This document shows, piece after piece, positions 1 to 13,216 of a stretch of 64,000 nucleotides of DNA. Each line of letters begins with the position of its first letter. Positions within the stretch are counted from its first letter, which is position 1. A program made the translations under genes and the position numbers. The notes beneath the pieces were generated by a model. That model did not search any database. It was not told the origin of the DNA and saw only the letters and a program-made list of their open reading frames with translations. The DNA comes from Cetorhinus maximus (lineage: Eukaryota): assembly GCF_964194155.1 (NCBI RefSeq), contig NC_135888.1, forward strand, positions 129,766,001-129,830,000, given 5' to 3'.

Positions 1-24
1 TGTCTGGGAAATATCTAATGAATG

Positions 25-810
25 CAGATTTAAAATCATCAATTGAATGAAAGCATGCACTGCTTTTTGTGGGTAAGAGTTCCACATTCTACCACCCTTA
101 TTGCGAAGATGTATTTCTTAATTTCCCTCCTGACTGACCTGGCTGTAATTTTAAGAGTATGTCCCATTTTCCTAGACTCCCCCAGGTTTCTCTATAAATT
201 CCTTTCAAAATCCTAAAAGCCTTATTTAAAGAACCCCGTGTATTCCAGGGAATACAAGTCTAGCTTATCAAATCGCTCCTCAGAATCTAACATTTGGAAC
301 CTTGGTGAATCTATGCCGCACCCACTCCAAAGCCAGTATATCCTTTCTAAGGTGCCGTCTACAGAACAGTACACAGATGTGGTCTGTACAGCTGCAGCAA
401 AACTTCCTTTCCTTTATAAAGGCCGACACCCCATTAGCCTTTTCTATTATTTTCCTCTACCAGGCTACCGCGTTTTCATGCTTTAGGGGTCTTCAATCGC
501 TTTGAACCTCCATTTGTTCCTAGCTTTTCACTATTTTAAATCGTAGGGTCTTAAAAGAAGTGGCTGCAGAGATAGTGGATGCATTGGTTGCAATCTTCCA
601 AAACTCCCTAGATCCTGGAAAGGTCCCAGCAGATTGGAAAACCGCAAATGGAACACCTCTGTTAAAGGAAGGAGGCAGTCAGAAAGCAGGAGGCCAGTTA
701 GCTTAATGTCTGTCATTGGGAAAAAGCTGGAATCCATTATTAAGGAAATAGTGGCAGGACATTTAGAAAATTATAATACAATGCAACAAGCCAAACATGG
801 CTGTTTTATT
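25..810. mobile_element. CR1 fragments (minus ~25-540, plus ~545-810)
   Basis: RPVSLMSVIGKKLESIIKE on the plus strand; CR1 3'-region similarity on the minus strand. Confidence 0.65.
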
Positions 811-1779
811 TGGTGAGTAGACGTCTTTCCCCTTAGGGGTGTATGCTGATCTTATATTGAGAGACTGAAAGGTGCTGTTGGGGAAAATGCTTTTTTTCTA
901 CCAGCAGGAAGGTATATCTCCTCCCTGGTGTGAAACAGCCAGGCGAAAGCACTTGCAGTGACAACTCCCTAAGCATTTGTGGGATTCCTTTATAAACCAC
1001 TGCTGCTGGGCTTGATATCATCTGGTGTCTTGTCCAGCCACTTTAGAGGGCAGTTAAGCATCAACCACATTGGTGTGGGTCTGCAGTCACATATAGGGCC
1101 AGGCAGGTTAAGGATGACAGATTCCTTCCCTAAAGGGCATAAGTAAACCAGTTGGATTTTATGACAATCTGACAGCTTCACAGTCACTTTTATCGAGATC
1201 AATGTCATATTTCCAGATTTTTTAAAGATTGAATTCCAGTTCACAAACTGCCTGTTATAATTTTCTGCTCCTGTTGTCTGGATTATTAGCCCCAGTAACA
1301 CAACCGCTGCACTACGCAGCATTTTCACTGCCTAAGTTTCCTATTTTAGTTGATTTCGTTTAGCTGAGGCTGCACTGCAAGTAGACAAAATTATTGCAAG
1401 ATGATTTACAGCAGTAATTATAAACAGCCTCCCTTGACCCGTTAGTAATGTGTCATTCTTCGTTTCCAAGGAAAGAACATGTAACCATGAACAACATCTC
1501 ATCACATACACAGGATGTCCTAAAACACTTTGCATTAATTTTGAATTGCTGTGACTGTGATGTGGGAAGATGCAGCAGCCAATTAACACTCAGCGAGGAG
1601 CCACAAACAGTAGATTAGATGACAATCAGTTAATCTAATTTTTTTAATGGCGTTGGTTGAACAAAAATGCTAACAGGACACCAGGAGGAAGTCTCTCTGC
1701 TCTCCTTCAAATAGCGCGGTGGGATTTTTCACATGAGCAAATAAGACAATGGCCTCAGTTTAATTCAAAAGGATGGCAC

Positions 1780-2365
1780 CTCTGACTGCAGCACTCCCTC
1801 AGTACTGCTCCTCTCAAAGTGTAGCATTCCCTCAGGACAACCTGTTGACAGTGCAGCACTCCCTCAGTACTGCTCCTCTCAAAGTGTAGCATTCCCTCAG
1901 GACAACCTGTGACAGTGCAGCACTCCCTCAGGACTTCACCTCTGACAGTGCAGCACTCTTCCAATGCTACCCCTCTTGACAGTGTAGCACACCATCAGTA
2001 CTGACCTACAACAGTATAGCACCCCCTCAGCCCTGACCTACAGACAGTGCAGCGTTCCCTCAGTACTGACACTCCAAAAGTATAGTACTCCCTCCATAAT
2101 GTCATCCGGCAATACAGCACTCCCTCAGTCCTGCCCCTCCAACCGTGCAGCACTCCTCAGTACTGATCCTCCAACAGTATTGCACTCCCTCAGTACTGAC
2201 CTACAGGCAGTGTGGTGCTTCCTCAGTACTGACCCTTGGCAGTGCAATACTCCCTCAGTACTGACCCCCCAAAATTATAGTACTCCTTCCGTAATGCCTG
2301 TCCAGCAGTGCAGCACTCTCTCAGTACTAACCTTCTGACAGTACAGCACTCTCTCAGTACTGAAC
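1780..2365 (+). repeat. ~32-bp degenerate tandem array (GACAGTGCAGCACTCCCTCAGTACTGCCCCTC) grown from a Deu-type SINE
   Basis: About 18 units, preceded by SINE body sequence ending AAAGGATGGCACCTCTGAC. Confidence 0.85.
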
Positions 2366-4790
2366 CTTGGACACGCCTTTTGCATGTCACTATTCCTCCG
2401 GACTCTAACCCCCACCCTGCCCCATGTTTTTCACTCCTATGTCACTTGCTGTGACTGGCAGATGTCCTTCAAGTCTTAAATGTATTCATACCTCTGTAAT
2501 CTCCTCCAGCCCACGGAGATCTCAGTGATCCTCTAGCTCTGGTTTTATAATCATGATTTCAATCACTTCCCCACTGGTGCTCGTGTCTTCAGCTGCCTAG
2601 GCCCTAAGCTCTTGAATATCCTACATCTCTCCACCCCTCCTTCTTCCTTTAAAATGCTGTTTGACCAAGCTGATAGCCACTTGTCCTAATATTCCCTTAT
2701 GTGACTTGGTGTTAAATTTTAATTGATAATTGCTTCTGTGAAGTGCTTTTGGATGTTTGACTACATTAAAGTTGCTATGTAAATGCAAGTTGCTGTTGCT
2801 CGATCCCATTCGTGGCACAGCGTGTTGCACCCTATCGCTAAAGGGAAATCACTTTCATTGTGACTGCCCTTCCCAATCATCCCGGAATGATCAAGAGTTT
2901 TCCGGAATCAGGGATACGTCTCCTGCAGCCCAGGAGAGAAGCAATTTCAATTTCCCGCTCCAGTAGGCCCTGCATTGCTTCCCATCCTCCTAATCCGGCC
3001 CTGGTGATACCACCTGACCTCTGTCGTAGGGAGGCACCGGCTAGAGGGCAGGGGAGTGAGGAGGCTCTGTCAGCTTCCACGGAGGCTCTGGCATCAGGGG
3101 TGGTGAGGGGGTGAGGGGGTGGAGGTGGGGGGGAGGTGGGGGGGGGTGGTTCCGAGAGTTGGGGTAAAGGAAGGAGGCTAGTGGATCAAGGGGTGGCTCA
3201 GGAACAAAAGCTTTCGGTGAGATCAGGAGAATGGGGGTTCGGAAGTGGTGGGAGAGATGGGTCCAGGAATTTGGGGTGGGGGAGGGGGTGGGGGTTTCTC
3301 CCAGATTCTGGAACAGCAGGAGTGGGGGTGGGGGTGGGGTTGGGGGGGTGGGGGGGGCAGTAAAGGTGAAAGGGAGAGACCTGACAGGGACAGCCAGCTA
3401 GTAAAGGGGGGTGTGAAACTTGGGACTGCCCACTCCATAAACAGTGAGCAATTAATACCATTGGTAGGTGAATAGAAAACACAGCAGCGGAAATCAAGAA
3501 TACTCATTGGAAGAAATAAGCAGAAAGGGAGGAAGAAGATTCTTGAACTGAGGGCTGTTAGGCAATGATATCTTTCACCGTTGAGGTAGAGACTTAAACC
3601 TCATTTCAAAGGGAATGGGAAGGAGGAGTATGGAAGTCTCTGAGAGTGTAGGGGACCGGGGAGGGAGAGCATTAGCACTAGGGCTGAATGGCCTTCTTGT
3701 GTCTAGTAACTTTTATGAATCCACGAAGGGAATGGTTTAAAAAAGTTGGTGCTGAGTCTTAATTCTCAGTGAGTTACCATTGGTTACTGGTGGAATCAAT
3801 GTTCCTCCAACACCCGGGGTGGAATGTTATGGTCCCTTTGCGGTGGGGGCTGGGCCGTAAAATGCAGCGAGCCATTCAGAAGTCTATTGACTTCAGCGGG
3901 ACTGAAAAATTCTGCCAGTGTAAAACTCCACCCCAGTTTCTCCTCCATGAATCCATTTCCCCTTGTTTGGATCCCACATCACTAGTTTCCGCTCTCCCCT
4001 CACCCATCCCCCCCCCTCCAACCTCCGTCTCCACTTCTCACCTAATTCCCAGTTCATGGAACATGTCACACAACAGCTGTTGGCAAGAAACTGTGAGCAA
4101 AAACACTCAACTGTAGGGAGCCTGATAGTTACAGGCTAAAAATACAGGTGTAGAAGTCATTTGATCACCTTTCCCATGACCTGATGTCATATGGTCAGGC
4201 ATCATGAGGTCAGAATGTCACCCGATCAAATGTGATCAAGGAATCGGCCTCTGATCAGAGTCTGAAATCCTAGCTGTGGTGAAAGGCCAAATATGCCTGA
4301 GTTTGTATCCTGGGGAATGTTTAACCAGGCATTCCTCAACTGAGTGCAACACTGGGCCATTCCCTCACTGTGAGATTGGGGTGGGGAGAAAGGTGGTTGG
4401 CAAAGAGTGAATTTACTGGAGTCCCCACCAGCAATCCCAGAGGGAAAAACCAGCTCGGAGCAGTTGGAAACCAGTTCCGCATCAAACTGGCCTATACTGG
4501 TATAAGCTGGTCCCAATCTGGTTTTAACTGGGCTGTACTGGAGTTGACTGAAAGGCTGGTGGATCTAATGGTCCCATCTGAAATCCAGCTCCAGGCCCAG
4601 TTCCTGGGCCAGAACCACCTCCTAGCCCCCACCCCCAAACCCCACAAACACCCAAAACCCACCACCTACTGACCCCACCCCCTCTACACCACCCCCCCAT
4701 CCTTTCTATACCACCACCCAAATGCAGGAAAGCAGCCTTTCACTGCCAGCAGGTTACTTTAAATAGTCGCATTATTCAGCATAGGGGTGA

Positions 4791-5103
4791 TGGTGGCATA
4801 GTGGTAACGTCACTGGGCTAGTAATCCAGAGTCCCAGGTTAATGCTCTAGGGACATGGGTTCAAATCCCACCAAAGCAGCTGGGGTAATTTAAATTCAAT
4901 TACTAAAATCTGGAGTTGAAAGCTAGTCTCAGAACATGAAATTATCATTGATTGCCATATAAACCCATCTGGTTCATTAATGTCCTTTAGGGAATCTTCC
5001 ATCCTTACCTGGTCTGGCCTGACCTGATTTGGTTAATTCTGAAATGGCCTAGCAAGGGCAACAAATGCTGGTCATGCTGGTGACACCCAAATCCCATGAA
5101 AGA
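4791..5103 (+). mobile_element. tRNA-derived SINE (representative copy)
   Basis: A box TGGCATAGTGG, B box GGTTCAAATCC, and a LINE-shared tail. Other copies at ~990-1310 (-), 34693-35040, 43070-44230 (split), 46255-46600 (-), 47330-47730 and 58881-59175. Confidence 0.8.
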
Positions 5104-7346
5104 ATGCTTCAACTGAACTCAAATTTGCAAACTACCCATGGTGAGATTGGAACCTGCATTCTCTGGACTTGTGGTCCAGTCACACCACAACCATAGCACC
5201 CATGCTCCAGAGATAAACAATAAATTCCAGCCTTGCTGGTGACACTGCATCCTGAGATCGCAAGATAAGTGTCTGATGACACGCACCCCTTTGTAATCTG
5301 ATTTTAATTTACACTTGTTGAAACAACCGTAATGTTCTCGGGTAATTGTCGCTTGATCTGCTTCCTGCTATATGGAAACCAAAATTGTTTTCAGGCACGT
5401 CTCTGAGCTGAGTCCTCTCCCTCTGAGATTAATAATCAGCTCTGAGATGCCGGTCAGTTAAGCATTCTGTTTTCCCCCTAAACTGGGTCAACTTTGGAGC
5501 TGATTGGTGACCCTTTACCGTAAACCTAGTCCCATCACTTCACAACTTTGTCTCACCATTTTATCTATACTACACCATACATTACACTACACATACATTC
5601 ATACAGTTACCCTGTACTTCATACAAAGGGTGGTGAAAATCTGGAGCAACCCCCCCAAAAAATGCTGTTGAGGCTGGGGGAGGTCAATAGAATATCTCAA
5701 GACTGGGATTGATAGGCTTTTGTTCGGTAAGTTATTAAGGGTTACAAAACCAAGGCCGGATGGTGGAGTTAAGATACTGCTAGCCATGATCTAATTGAAT
5801 GGTGGAACAGACCCAAGGGACCAAATGGCCTCCTCCTGTTCCTAATGATCCTCCTAAGTTTCCTTTCTCGGAATTCCCATCCTCATCCCGCTCCCTCCTC
5901 ACAGTCTCCTCAATGCGCTGAAATAAGATATCATCGTAACCTTCTCCTGACTTCAAATCCATGGAACTCCACGTCTCCCTCAATCTCCCCTTTCCTTTTT
6001 TAAACCAAATCTTGGTGTCACCTACCTCCTATTTTTGTGATGTCATTTTAACACTTGCTGCTAGGCTTCACTCTTCATTGTGGGTTTATAAAATCAAGGA
6101 ATTGAAAGACAGGCTGGGGACTTTTTTCAAACCAGCTCATCATTCAGGATCCATCCAATGGTGACAACATCATTGCAACCACTGATGGCCCCATTGGAGT
6201 CCTTATATTGGAAACAGTGAACAGACTGAGCCCAGATCCTTTTATGTGTTAGTCCCATTGCCCCAGGCACAAAGGCATCAAATTAACAATTATTTCACAA
6301 TAACAGTTGTGTAACCACGTCAAGATTTCTTCCATAATTATTGTCATACAACAGCATATTGCATTTAAATAGCACCTTCAACAGAGAGTAGTGGTTCGTG
6401 AACCCCTTTGGAGTTTGCGAAATGTTTCAGGCGGTTCTTGGGAAAAATTCTGTAATGGCGGAAGCAAAAGTGTTTGTGCGCCAAAATTCCGAATTTGGGG
6501 GGAAATGGCAATTGGCGCTTTTTTCATGAAGTATGAAGGAATTGGCAGGCATTGCAGACGCAATTAATTTGACATCTGTATAAATGAGTAAATAAATAAA
6601 CGTAATTACTGAAATGCAAGCCTAACGAAAGCAATACCAGTGCAACTAAGCTACTTAGTTTTTATTCGCATTATTCAGAAAGAGCTATCAGTTTAGCACC
6701 CACCAAATGGACGAATACACTCAATCACAGACCGGTATCTTGACACCTTGGAAGACCAGAGCCAAGGTCATTGCAGCCAATGCAGCAGCAGTGCAGTCTT
6801 TCAGTCACTTTTGTTAGTGCGCTGGTTTGCTGAATGTTCTCATTTACTAGGTCGTCCATTTGTTAGCATTTTCAGTGTGTTATTTTTTACGTTAACTGTT
6901 TTACACCACATAGGTGATATGAGTTATGAAAGTGCAATCTTGGAAGAGTGTTGCTGTTTTCATAATGTAATAAAATTAATAATGTAATGAATAATAATGT
7001 AACTATTAATAGTGTGCAATAAAAGTGTCATAATAAAAACAAATTTTATATTTCCATGATCACTGTTTTTATAATTTATACTCAAGGCAGGGAAAAAATC
7101 CCTGGAAAATATTTATTTTTAGCAGGGAGTTTGCAAAATTTGGCATTTTCATGAGACGGGTTTGTGGGATGTTTGGGAACAACTGACATAGAATAAAAGC
7201 CCAAGGTACTTCACACAAACACACATACACACACACACACCCCCGCACAAACTTACAGACACATACACACACTCATAGTCACATACAAACTCACACACAC
7301 ACACAAAACAAGCACAGAAACACAAACACAGGCAACATAGAAACTC

Positions 7347-7998
7347 AGAAACTGAACTGGACTAGCCATATAAATACTCTGGCTACAAGAGCAGGTCAGA
7401 GGTTAGGTATCATGTGACAAGTAACTCACCTCCTGACCCCCCGAAGCCTGTCCGCCATCTACAAGGCACAAGTCAGGAGTGTGATGGAATATTGCCCACT
7501 TGCCTGGATGAGTGCAGCTCCCACAACACTCAAGAAGCTTGACACCATCCAAGACAAAGCAGCCCGCTTGATTGGCACCATATCAACAAACATTAACTCC
7601 TTCCACCACCGACGCACAGTAGCAGCAGTGTGTACCATCTACAATATTCACTGCAGGGATTCACCAAGGGTCCTGAGACAGCATCTTCTAAACCCACGAC
7701 CGCTACCATCTAGAAGGACAAGGGCAGCAGATAGATGGGAACACCACCACCTGGAAGTTTCCCTCCAAGTCACTCACCATCCTGACTTGCAAATATATCA
7801 CCGTTCCTTCACCGTCGCTGGGTTAAAATCCTGGAACCTCCTTCTTAACAGCACTGTTGGTGTATCTACACCACATGGACTGCAGCAGTTCAAGAAGGCA
7901 GCTCATCACCACCTTCTCAAGGGCAACTAGGGATGAGTAATAAAAATGCTGGCCCAGCCAGCAAAAACCACATCTCATGAATGAATTAAAAAAAAAAT
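7347..7998 (+). mobile_element. CR1-group LINE 3' end (family ending GGGCAATTAGGGATGGGCAATAAATGCTGG...CCCATGAATGAAT-polyA)
   Basis: EYCPLAWMSAAPTTLKKLDTIQDKAARLIG RT C-terminus. Further copies at 8660-9930, 22464-22810 (-), 48620-48970, 56280-57630 and 59510-59980 (-). Confidence 0.8.
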
Positions 7999-10900
7999 AC
8001 AAACTCATAGAAACACACACACACACAGGCACAAAATACAAACACAGACACACATAACACACTACCTGCACACACTTAACTTCTCAAATCTCTCTTCAAA
8101 ACTGTGAACCTTATGAACATCCTAGTGCATCCACACAGGGCTTCTTTTGCTGTAACCCTATCTGTGGCTCATGGTCCTTGCAAATACATATCTGTGCTGT
8201 TTTGTGGGTTGGTGAATTCAACAATTAGTGTCCAAGGACCAACCATTTTTAACTGCTTCATAGGAACATAGGACTTAGGAGCAGAAGTAGGTATTCGGCC
8301 CTTTGAGCCTGCTCTGCCATTCAATAAGATCATGGCTAATCTGGTCCCAACCCCACTTTCTTGCCTGCCCTCCATAACCCTTGACTCCCTTGCCTATCAA
8401 TCACCTGTCCAGCTCAGCCTTGAATAAACTCAATGACCCAGCCTCCAATGCTCTCTGGAGAAGAGAATTCCACAGACTGAGAGAAAACATTTCTCCTCAT
8501 CTCCCTTTTAAAAAGGAGACCCATTATGTTCAAATGTGTACCCTGGTTCTAGTCACCCCCAAAAGAGGAAACATCCTCACCCTCAGGATCTTATATGTTT
8601 CAATAAGATCAGCCATCATTCTTCTAAACTCCAATGGGTATATTCATCGATGACCTTCTCTCTATCAGAAATGGGGATGTTCGCTGATGATTGCACACTG
8701 TTTAATACCATTCACAACTTCTCAGATACTGAAGCAGTTTGTGTCCTTATGCAGCAAGACCTGGACAATGCTCAGGATTGGGCTGATAAATGGCACGTAA
8801 TATTCATGCCACACAAGCACCAGTTTTGGAGAGAGATTTGAGAAGTTAAGTGTGTGCAGGTAGTGTGTTATGTGTGTCTGTGTTTGTATTTTGTGCCTGT
8901 GTGTGTTTCTATGAGTTAGTATTTTTTTTTTATTCATTCATGGGACGTGGGTTTTGCTGGCTGGGCCAGCATTTTTATTGCCCATCCCTAGTTGCCCTTG
9001 AGAAGGTGGTGGTGAGCTGCCTTCTTGAACTGCTGCAGTTCTCCAACAAGAGAAAATCTAACCATCTCCCAGTAATGTTCAATTTTTTAAATTCATTTCT
9101 AGGATGTGAGCTTGGCTGACTGGGCCAGCATTTATTACCCATCCCTAATTACCCTTGAGACAATGGTGGTGAGCCGCCTTCTTGAACTGCTGCAGTCCCT
9201 GTGGTGTAGGTACACCCACAGTGCTGTTGGAACATTACCATTGCTGAATCCCCCAATATCAACATCTTGGGTATTACCATTGACCAGAAGCTTAACTGGA
9301 CAGCCATATAATTACAGTGGCTATAAGAGCAGATCAGTTGTTGGGAATTCTGTGGTAAGTAACTCACCTCCCGACTCCTCAAAGCCTGTCCACCACCTAC
9401 AAGGCACAAGTCAGGAATGTGATGGATAACTCTGTACTTGCCTGGATGAGTACAGCTCCAACAACACTCAAGAAGCTCAACACCATCCAGGACAAAGCAG
9501 CCTGCTTGATCACACCCCACCCACCACCTTCAACATTCACTCCCTCCATCACCGATGCACAGTGGCTGCAGCATGTACCATCTACAAGATGCACTGCAGC
9601 AACTCGCCAAGCCTCCTTCAACAGCACCTTCCAAACTCACGATCTCTACCACCTAGAAGGACGAGGAGAACAGATAGATGGGAACACCATCACCCAATTC
9701 CCTTCCAAGCCACTCACCATCCTGATTTGGAAATATATCGCCCGTTCCTTCACTGTCGTTGGGTCAAAATCCTGGAACTTCCTCCCTAACAGCACTGTGG
9801 GTGTACCTACACCACAGGGACTGCAGCGGTTCAAGAAGGCAGCTCACCACCACCTTTTCAAGGGGCAATTAGGGATGGGTAATAAACACTGGGGTACCCA
9901 CATCTATGAGCAACTAATCAAAAAAAAATAGTACTGTAACATATTCCAAGGTACCTCACAGAAACTTGTCATAGAGAGGGAGGTTTTAAGCATCCTAAAG
10001 GTGCAAGAGAAATTGAGGGGCAGAAAGGTTTAGGCAGGGAATTTCAGAGTTTAAGGCCTTGAGGGCTGAAGGCACAGTCACCAGTGGAGTGATGGAAATC
10101 GATGATGTGCAAAAGGCCTGAATTGGAAGAGTTTACAGATGTCTGGGGGTTGTACAGCTGGAGGAGATTACAGAGATGCGGAGGGGCAAGGCTGTGGAGG
10201 GGTTTGAAAACAAGCATGAGATTTTAAAAACAGAGGTGCTGCCGGACCAAGAGCTAACGCTGGTCAGCAGAACATGGGGGGCGGGGGGTGTTAGGTGAAC
10301 AGGATTTATGATGCGCAGGCTGGGATCTTCCGGCCCCATCGCCTGTGGGACCCACCGTGGGTGAGACAGCGCCCCTGACTTGCAGTGAGGCTGGAAGATC
10401 GTGGCAGCGGGCGGGCGGGGTGTGGAAAATCCTGCCGACAGTCTTGGATAAGCTGAAGTTTTCAGAGGATGGAAGATAGGAAGCTGGCTAAGAGAAGCAT
10501 TGGGACGTGTAACACGGCAGAGAACAATATGATGTTACGCAGCGTACACACCCGGCATTCCCGTGGGCTGGGCAGACAAGGCAGAACAGTCGAGAGTGAG
10601 ATACATTTATACATAATATGCCACAGCCCACAGTATACACACACTAATGGTTAACACACTCAACTGTGCCAAGTGTTGACACTTTGGTAACAGAGGAGAA
10701 AAATGGAGTCCAACCCTGAAAATAAATTCAGTTTCACACCAGCTCTGCGGCCACTGCAGTCAAGTGGCAAGAAATTAATTGTGTTCCCACAATTTAATGC
10801 ATGAGCGCAAGACTCAGTCGAGCTTGTTGGAGCCACCATGTTGGCACGGAGATGTGGTTAAACCTGGGCAGGTGAGACATCAGCCCTGAAAATCTTTACT

Positions 10901-11079
10901 AACGGGTAATCATGTGAAACAATGATCGAGACTACGCACTCAAAAAGAGCACTTGAGCAGTATGCTGGAGACAGAGTCGCATGGGTCACAGCTGACAGGA
11001 CGTTTGAGATTGATATTAGGGTGTTGGTATTAGCCTGCAGAAAATAAACAGAGAAGGAGAGACAGAGAGAGAGACATAC

Positions 11080-11217
11080 CCCTGTTCGACACTCGTAGTA
11101 GGCCAGCCTGGACTTGGTCAGAATGAAATATCGTTCCTTGTAGTTAGAAGGTGAAGTCCTTCGTTTCTGTTGCGAACGTTTGATGAGAAACTCCTCAAGG
11201 ATGGAGTTGGGATTCAT
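11080..11217 (-). CDS. ITK: ITK (Tec-family tyrosine kinase), first coding exon (start of PH domain); downstream exons not found in window
   Basis: Translates [46 protein letters not shown], 138 nt, followed by a GTATGT donor. The [11 protein letters not shown] motif matches ITK rather than TEC/BTK (QQKKKTSPLN). Proximity to MED7 matches known ITK-MED7 linkage. Confidence 0.9.
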
Positions 11218-11389
11218 TCTAATTGTGAATGTCCTTCCCCCATTGAGAGAGAGAGAGAACGAGCGTGAGAGCAGTGTGTCAGAAGTTTCAGTGAATGTCA
11301 CAGTGTGAAGGGGTAGCGTAGGTGCAGTCACTGATAGCTGAGAAACTGTCAGGAAAAAGCTCTACGTAGTCTTCAGCTTCTGATGAAGG

Positions 11390-11485
11390 TAAAATGTGAA
11401 ACCACTTCCTTTGCAAATCCTGCGAGTAGGCAGATAAAAAACCCAGAATGTATCACACCAAGTTCAGTGCAGGCCAATCACTGGC
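11390..11485 (-). promoter_or_regulatory. Putative ITK proximal promoter
   Basis: About 180-270 bp upstream of the ITK ATG. Minus-strand ATTTGCAAAGGAAGTGGTTT contains an ETS core GGAAGT overlapping a RUNX-like GTGGTTT. Also AGATAA at ~11432 and GCCAATCA at ~11473. Motif inspection only. Confidence 0.4.
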
Positions 11486-11944
11486 ACCGATTAAAAATAA
11501 GAGAAACGTTTTGATCCAATTAGCGGAAGATTTAGGGCAGACAACTTATTCTTTGTAGCTTCACAAATGATCAGGGGTGCTGATAAAGGTATTAGTGAGA
11601 AAGTATTTCCACTAGAGCATGAGTAATCGGGGGAAAAAATTCACACAATCATTAAACAAAGACCGAGTTTGGAAGAGTTTGTTACACAGAGTGGAGCATG
11701 TTTGGCCAGAAACAACAGGAGGCCAGGGGCCTAGAATCTATAACGGCCTATAATAGAGCAGGGCGTAAAGATTTGAAAAGTAAAAGAAATTAAAAGGAAG
11801 TGGGGATGTTGCTGGAGGGTGTACTGCTGCAAGGGACGTGCAAATGGTCTCGTGTCTGAAATAAAGATGCCAGCCTGAGATTCACTGCCATAAGGGACAC
11901 AATAAAGGAAAATTGAAGCTTTGGATAATCTATATTCAGGAAAG

Positions 11945-12510
11945 GAGTAGAGGGACAGGATGATGTGCTGCACTGTCGGAGGATCAGTACCGGGGGAGTG
12001 CTACACTGTCAGAGGGGCAGTACTAAGGGAGCGCTGCACTGTTGGACGGTCAGTGCTGAGGGAGTGCTGCACTGTCAGAGGGGAAATACTGAGGGAATGC
12101 TGCACTCTCACAGGATCAGTACGAAAGTGCTGCACTGTCGGAGGATCAGTACTGAGGGTGTGCTGCACTGTCGGAGGATCAGTACTGGGGGAGTGCTGTA
12201 CTGTCAGAGGATCAGTACTGAGGGGCTACTGCGCTGTCAGATGGGTGACACCGAGGGAGTGCTGCACTGTTTCAGGGACAGTACTGATGGAACGCTGCAC
12301 TGTTGGAGGGGTAGCACTAAGGGAGTGCTGCATTGTCAGGCTGTCAATGCTGAGGGAGTGCTGCACTCTGAGGGGCCGTACTGAGGGTGCACTCACTGTT
12401 GGAAGTGCAGTACTGAAGGAGCACTGCACTGCAGTACAGAAGGAATGCTGCACTGCTCAAGGTGCAGTACTGAAGGAGTGCTGCAATCTCAGAGGTGCAG
12501 TTCTCAGGCA
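11945..12510 (-). repeat. Same ~32-bp tandem array, reverse orientation
   Basis: Repeated GAGTGCTGCACTGTCGGAGGATCAGTACTG. Further arrays at 31190-31365, 40885-40950, 42825-43060, 45650-45870 and 49125-49430. Confidence 0.85.
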
Positions 12511-13216
12511 CCAAAATCCTTATAAAAGCTGATATGTCAAACGATCCCGAAGCTACATGCTGCGTTGCCATGCTGAGGTCATGTGGTGCGCATGAGCAAT
12601 GGATGAGCCCCTGAAGAAATGTTTTGGTGCATTGATAAGAGAAAAGCAATTTTGTTGCAGTCAGAAGAAATATAAATCTGTTTAAAAGCAACTTTGAAAC
12701 AACGTTAATGAGATGCCCAGAGTGGTGATGACTTGGTCAAGGTAAGAAAGCAAGAAGAGAAATCACCCAGGAAGACAACACCTTGTCCTCTGAGGACATG
12801 GCATTGCTAATGCTAAATACAAAACACGAGCTGCGGGAGCCTCACCTGAAACATCCCTGACCTGGTGTATCTGACTTCCACTGTTCAAACTGCAACTGTT
12901 CATTGCCAGCAGGTCCCCAACCCCAGGCCCTGGTGGACTTCTTCCTAGAGTCTTAAAAGAAGTGGCTGCTGAAATAGTAGATGCATTGGTTTTAATTTTA
13001 GATTCTGGAAAAGTCCCATCAGATGAGAAACTAGTGAATGTGACTCTTCTATTCATGAGTGGAGGGAGACGGAAAGCAGGAAATGGAAGTTATAGCAGGG
13101 CACTGAGAAAATCTCAGTGCAATCAGGCAGAGTCAACATGGTTTTTTGAAAGGGTGATCATGTTTGACTAACTTATTGGAGTTCTTTGAGGAAGTAACAA
13201 GCAACGTGGTATAGGA

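Noticed and set aside
4791-4875. tRNA-like A/B boxes at several sites
   Set aside because: SINE heads without a full cloverleaf, continuing into SINE body and tail.
11080-11217. Assignment to TEC, BTK or BMX
   Set aside because: The KRRTSPSN motif and MED7 linkage favour ITK, although some residues are TEC-like.
10858-11331. 157-aa ORF taken as the whole kinase N-terminus
   Set aside because: Only 11080-11217 is homologous. The rest is 5' UTR and intron read-through past the GT donor.
11960-12532. Cys-rich repetitive ORF resembling metallothionein or keratin-associated protein
   Set aside because: It is a translation of the 32-bp SINE-derived array, which recurs many times in both orientations.
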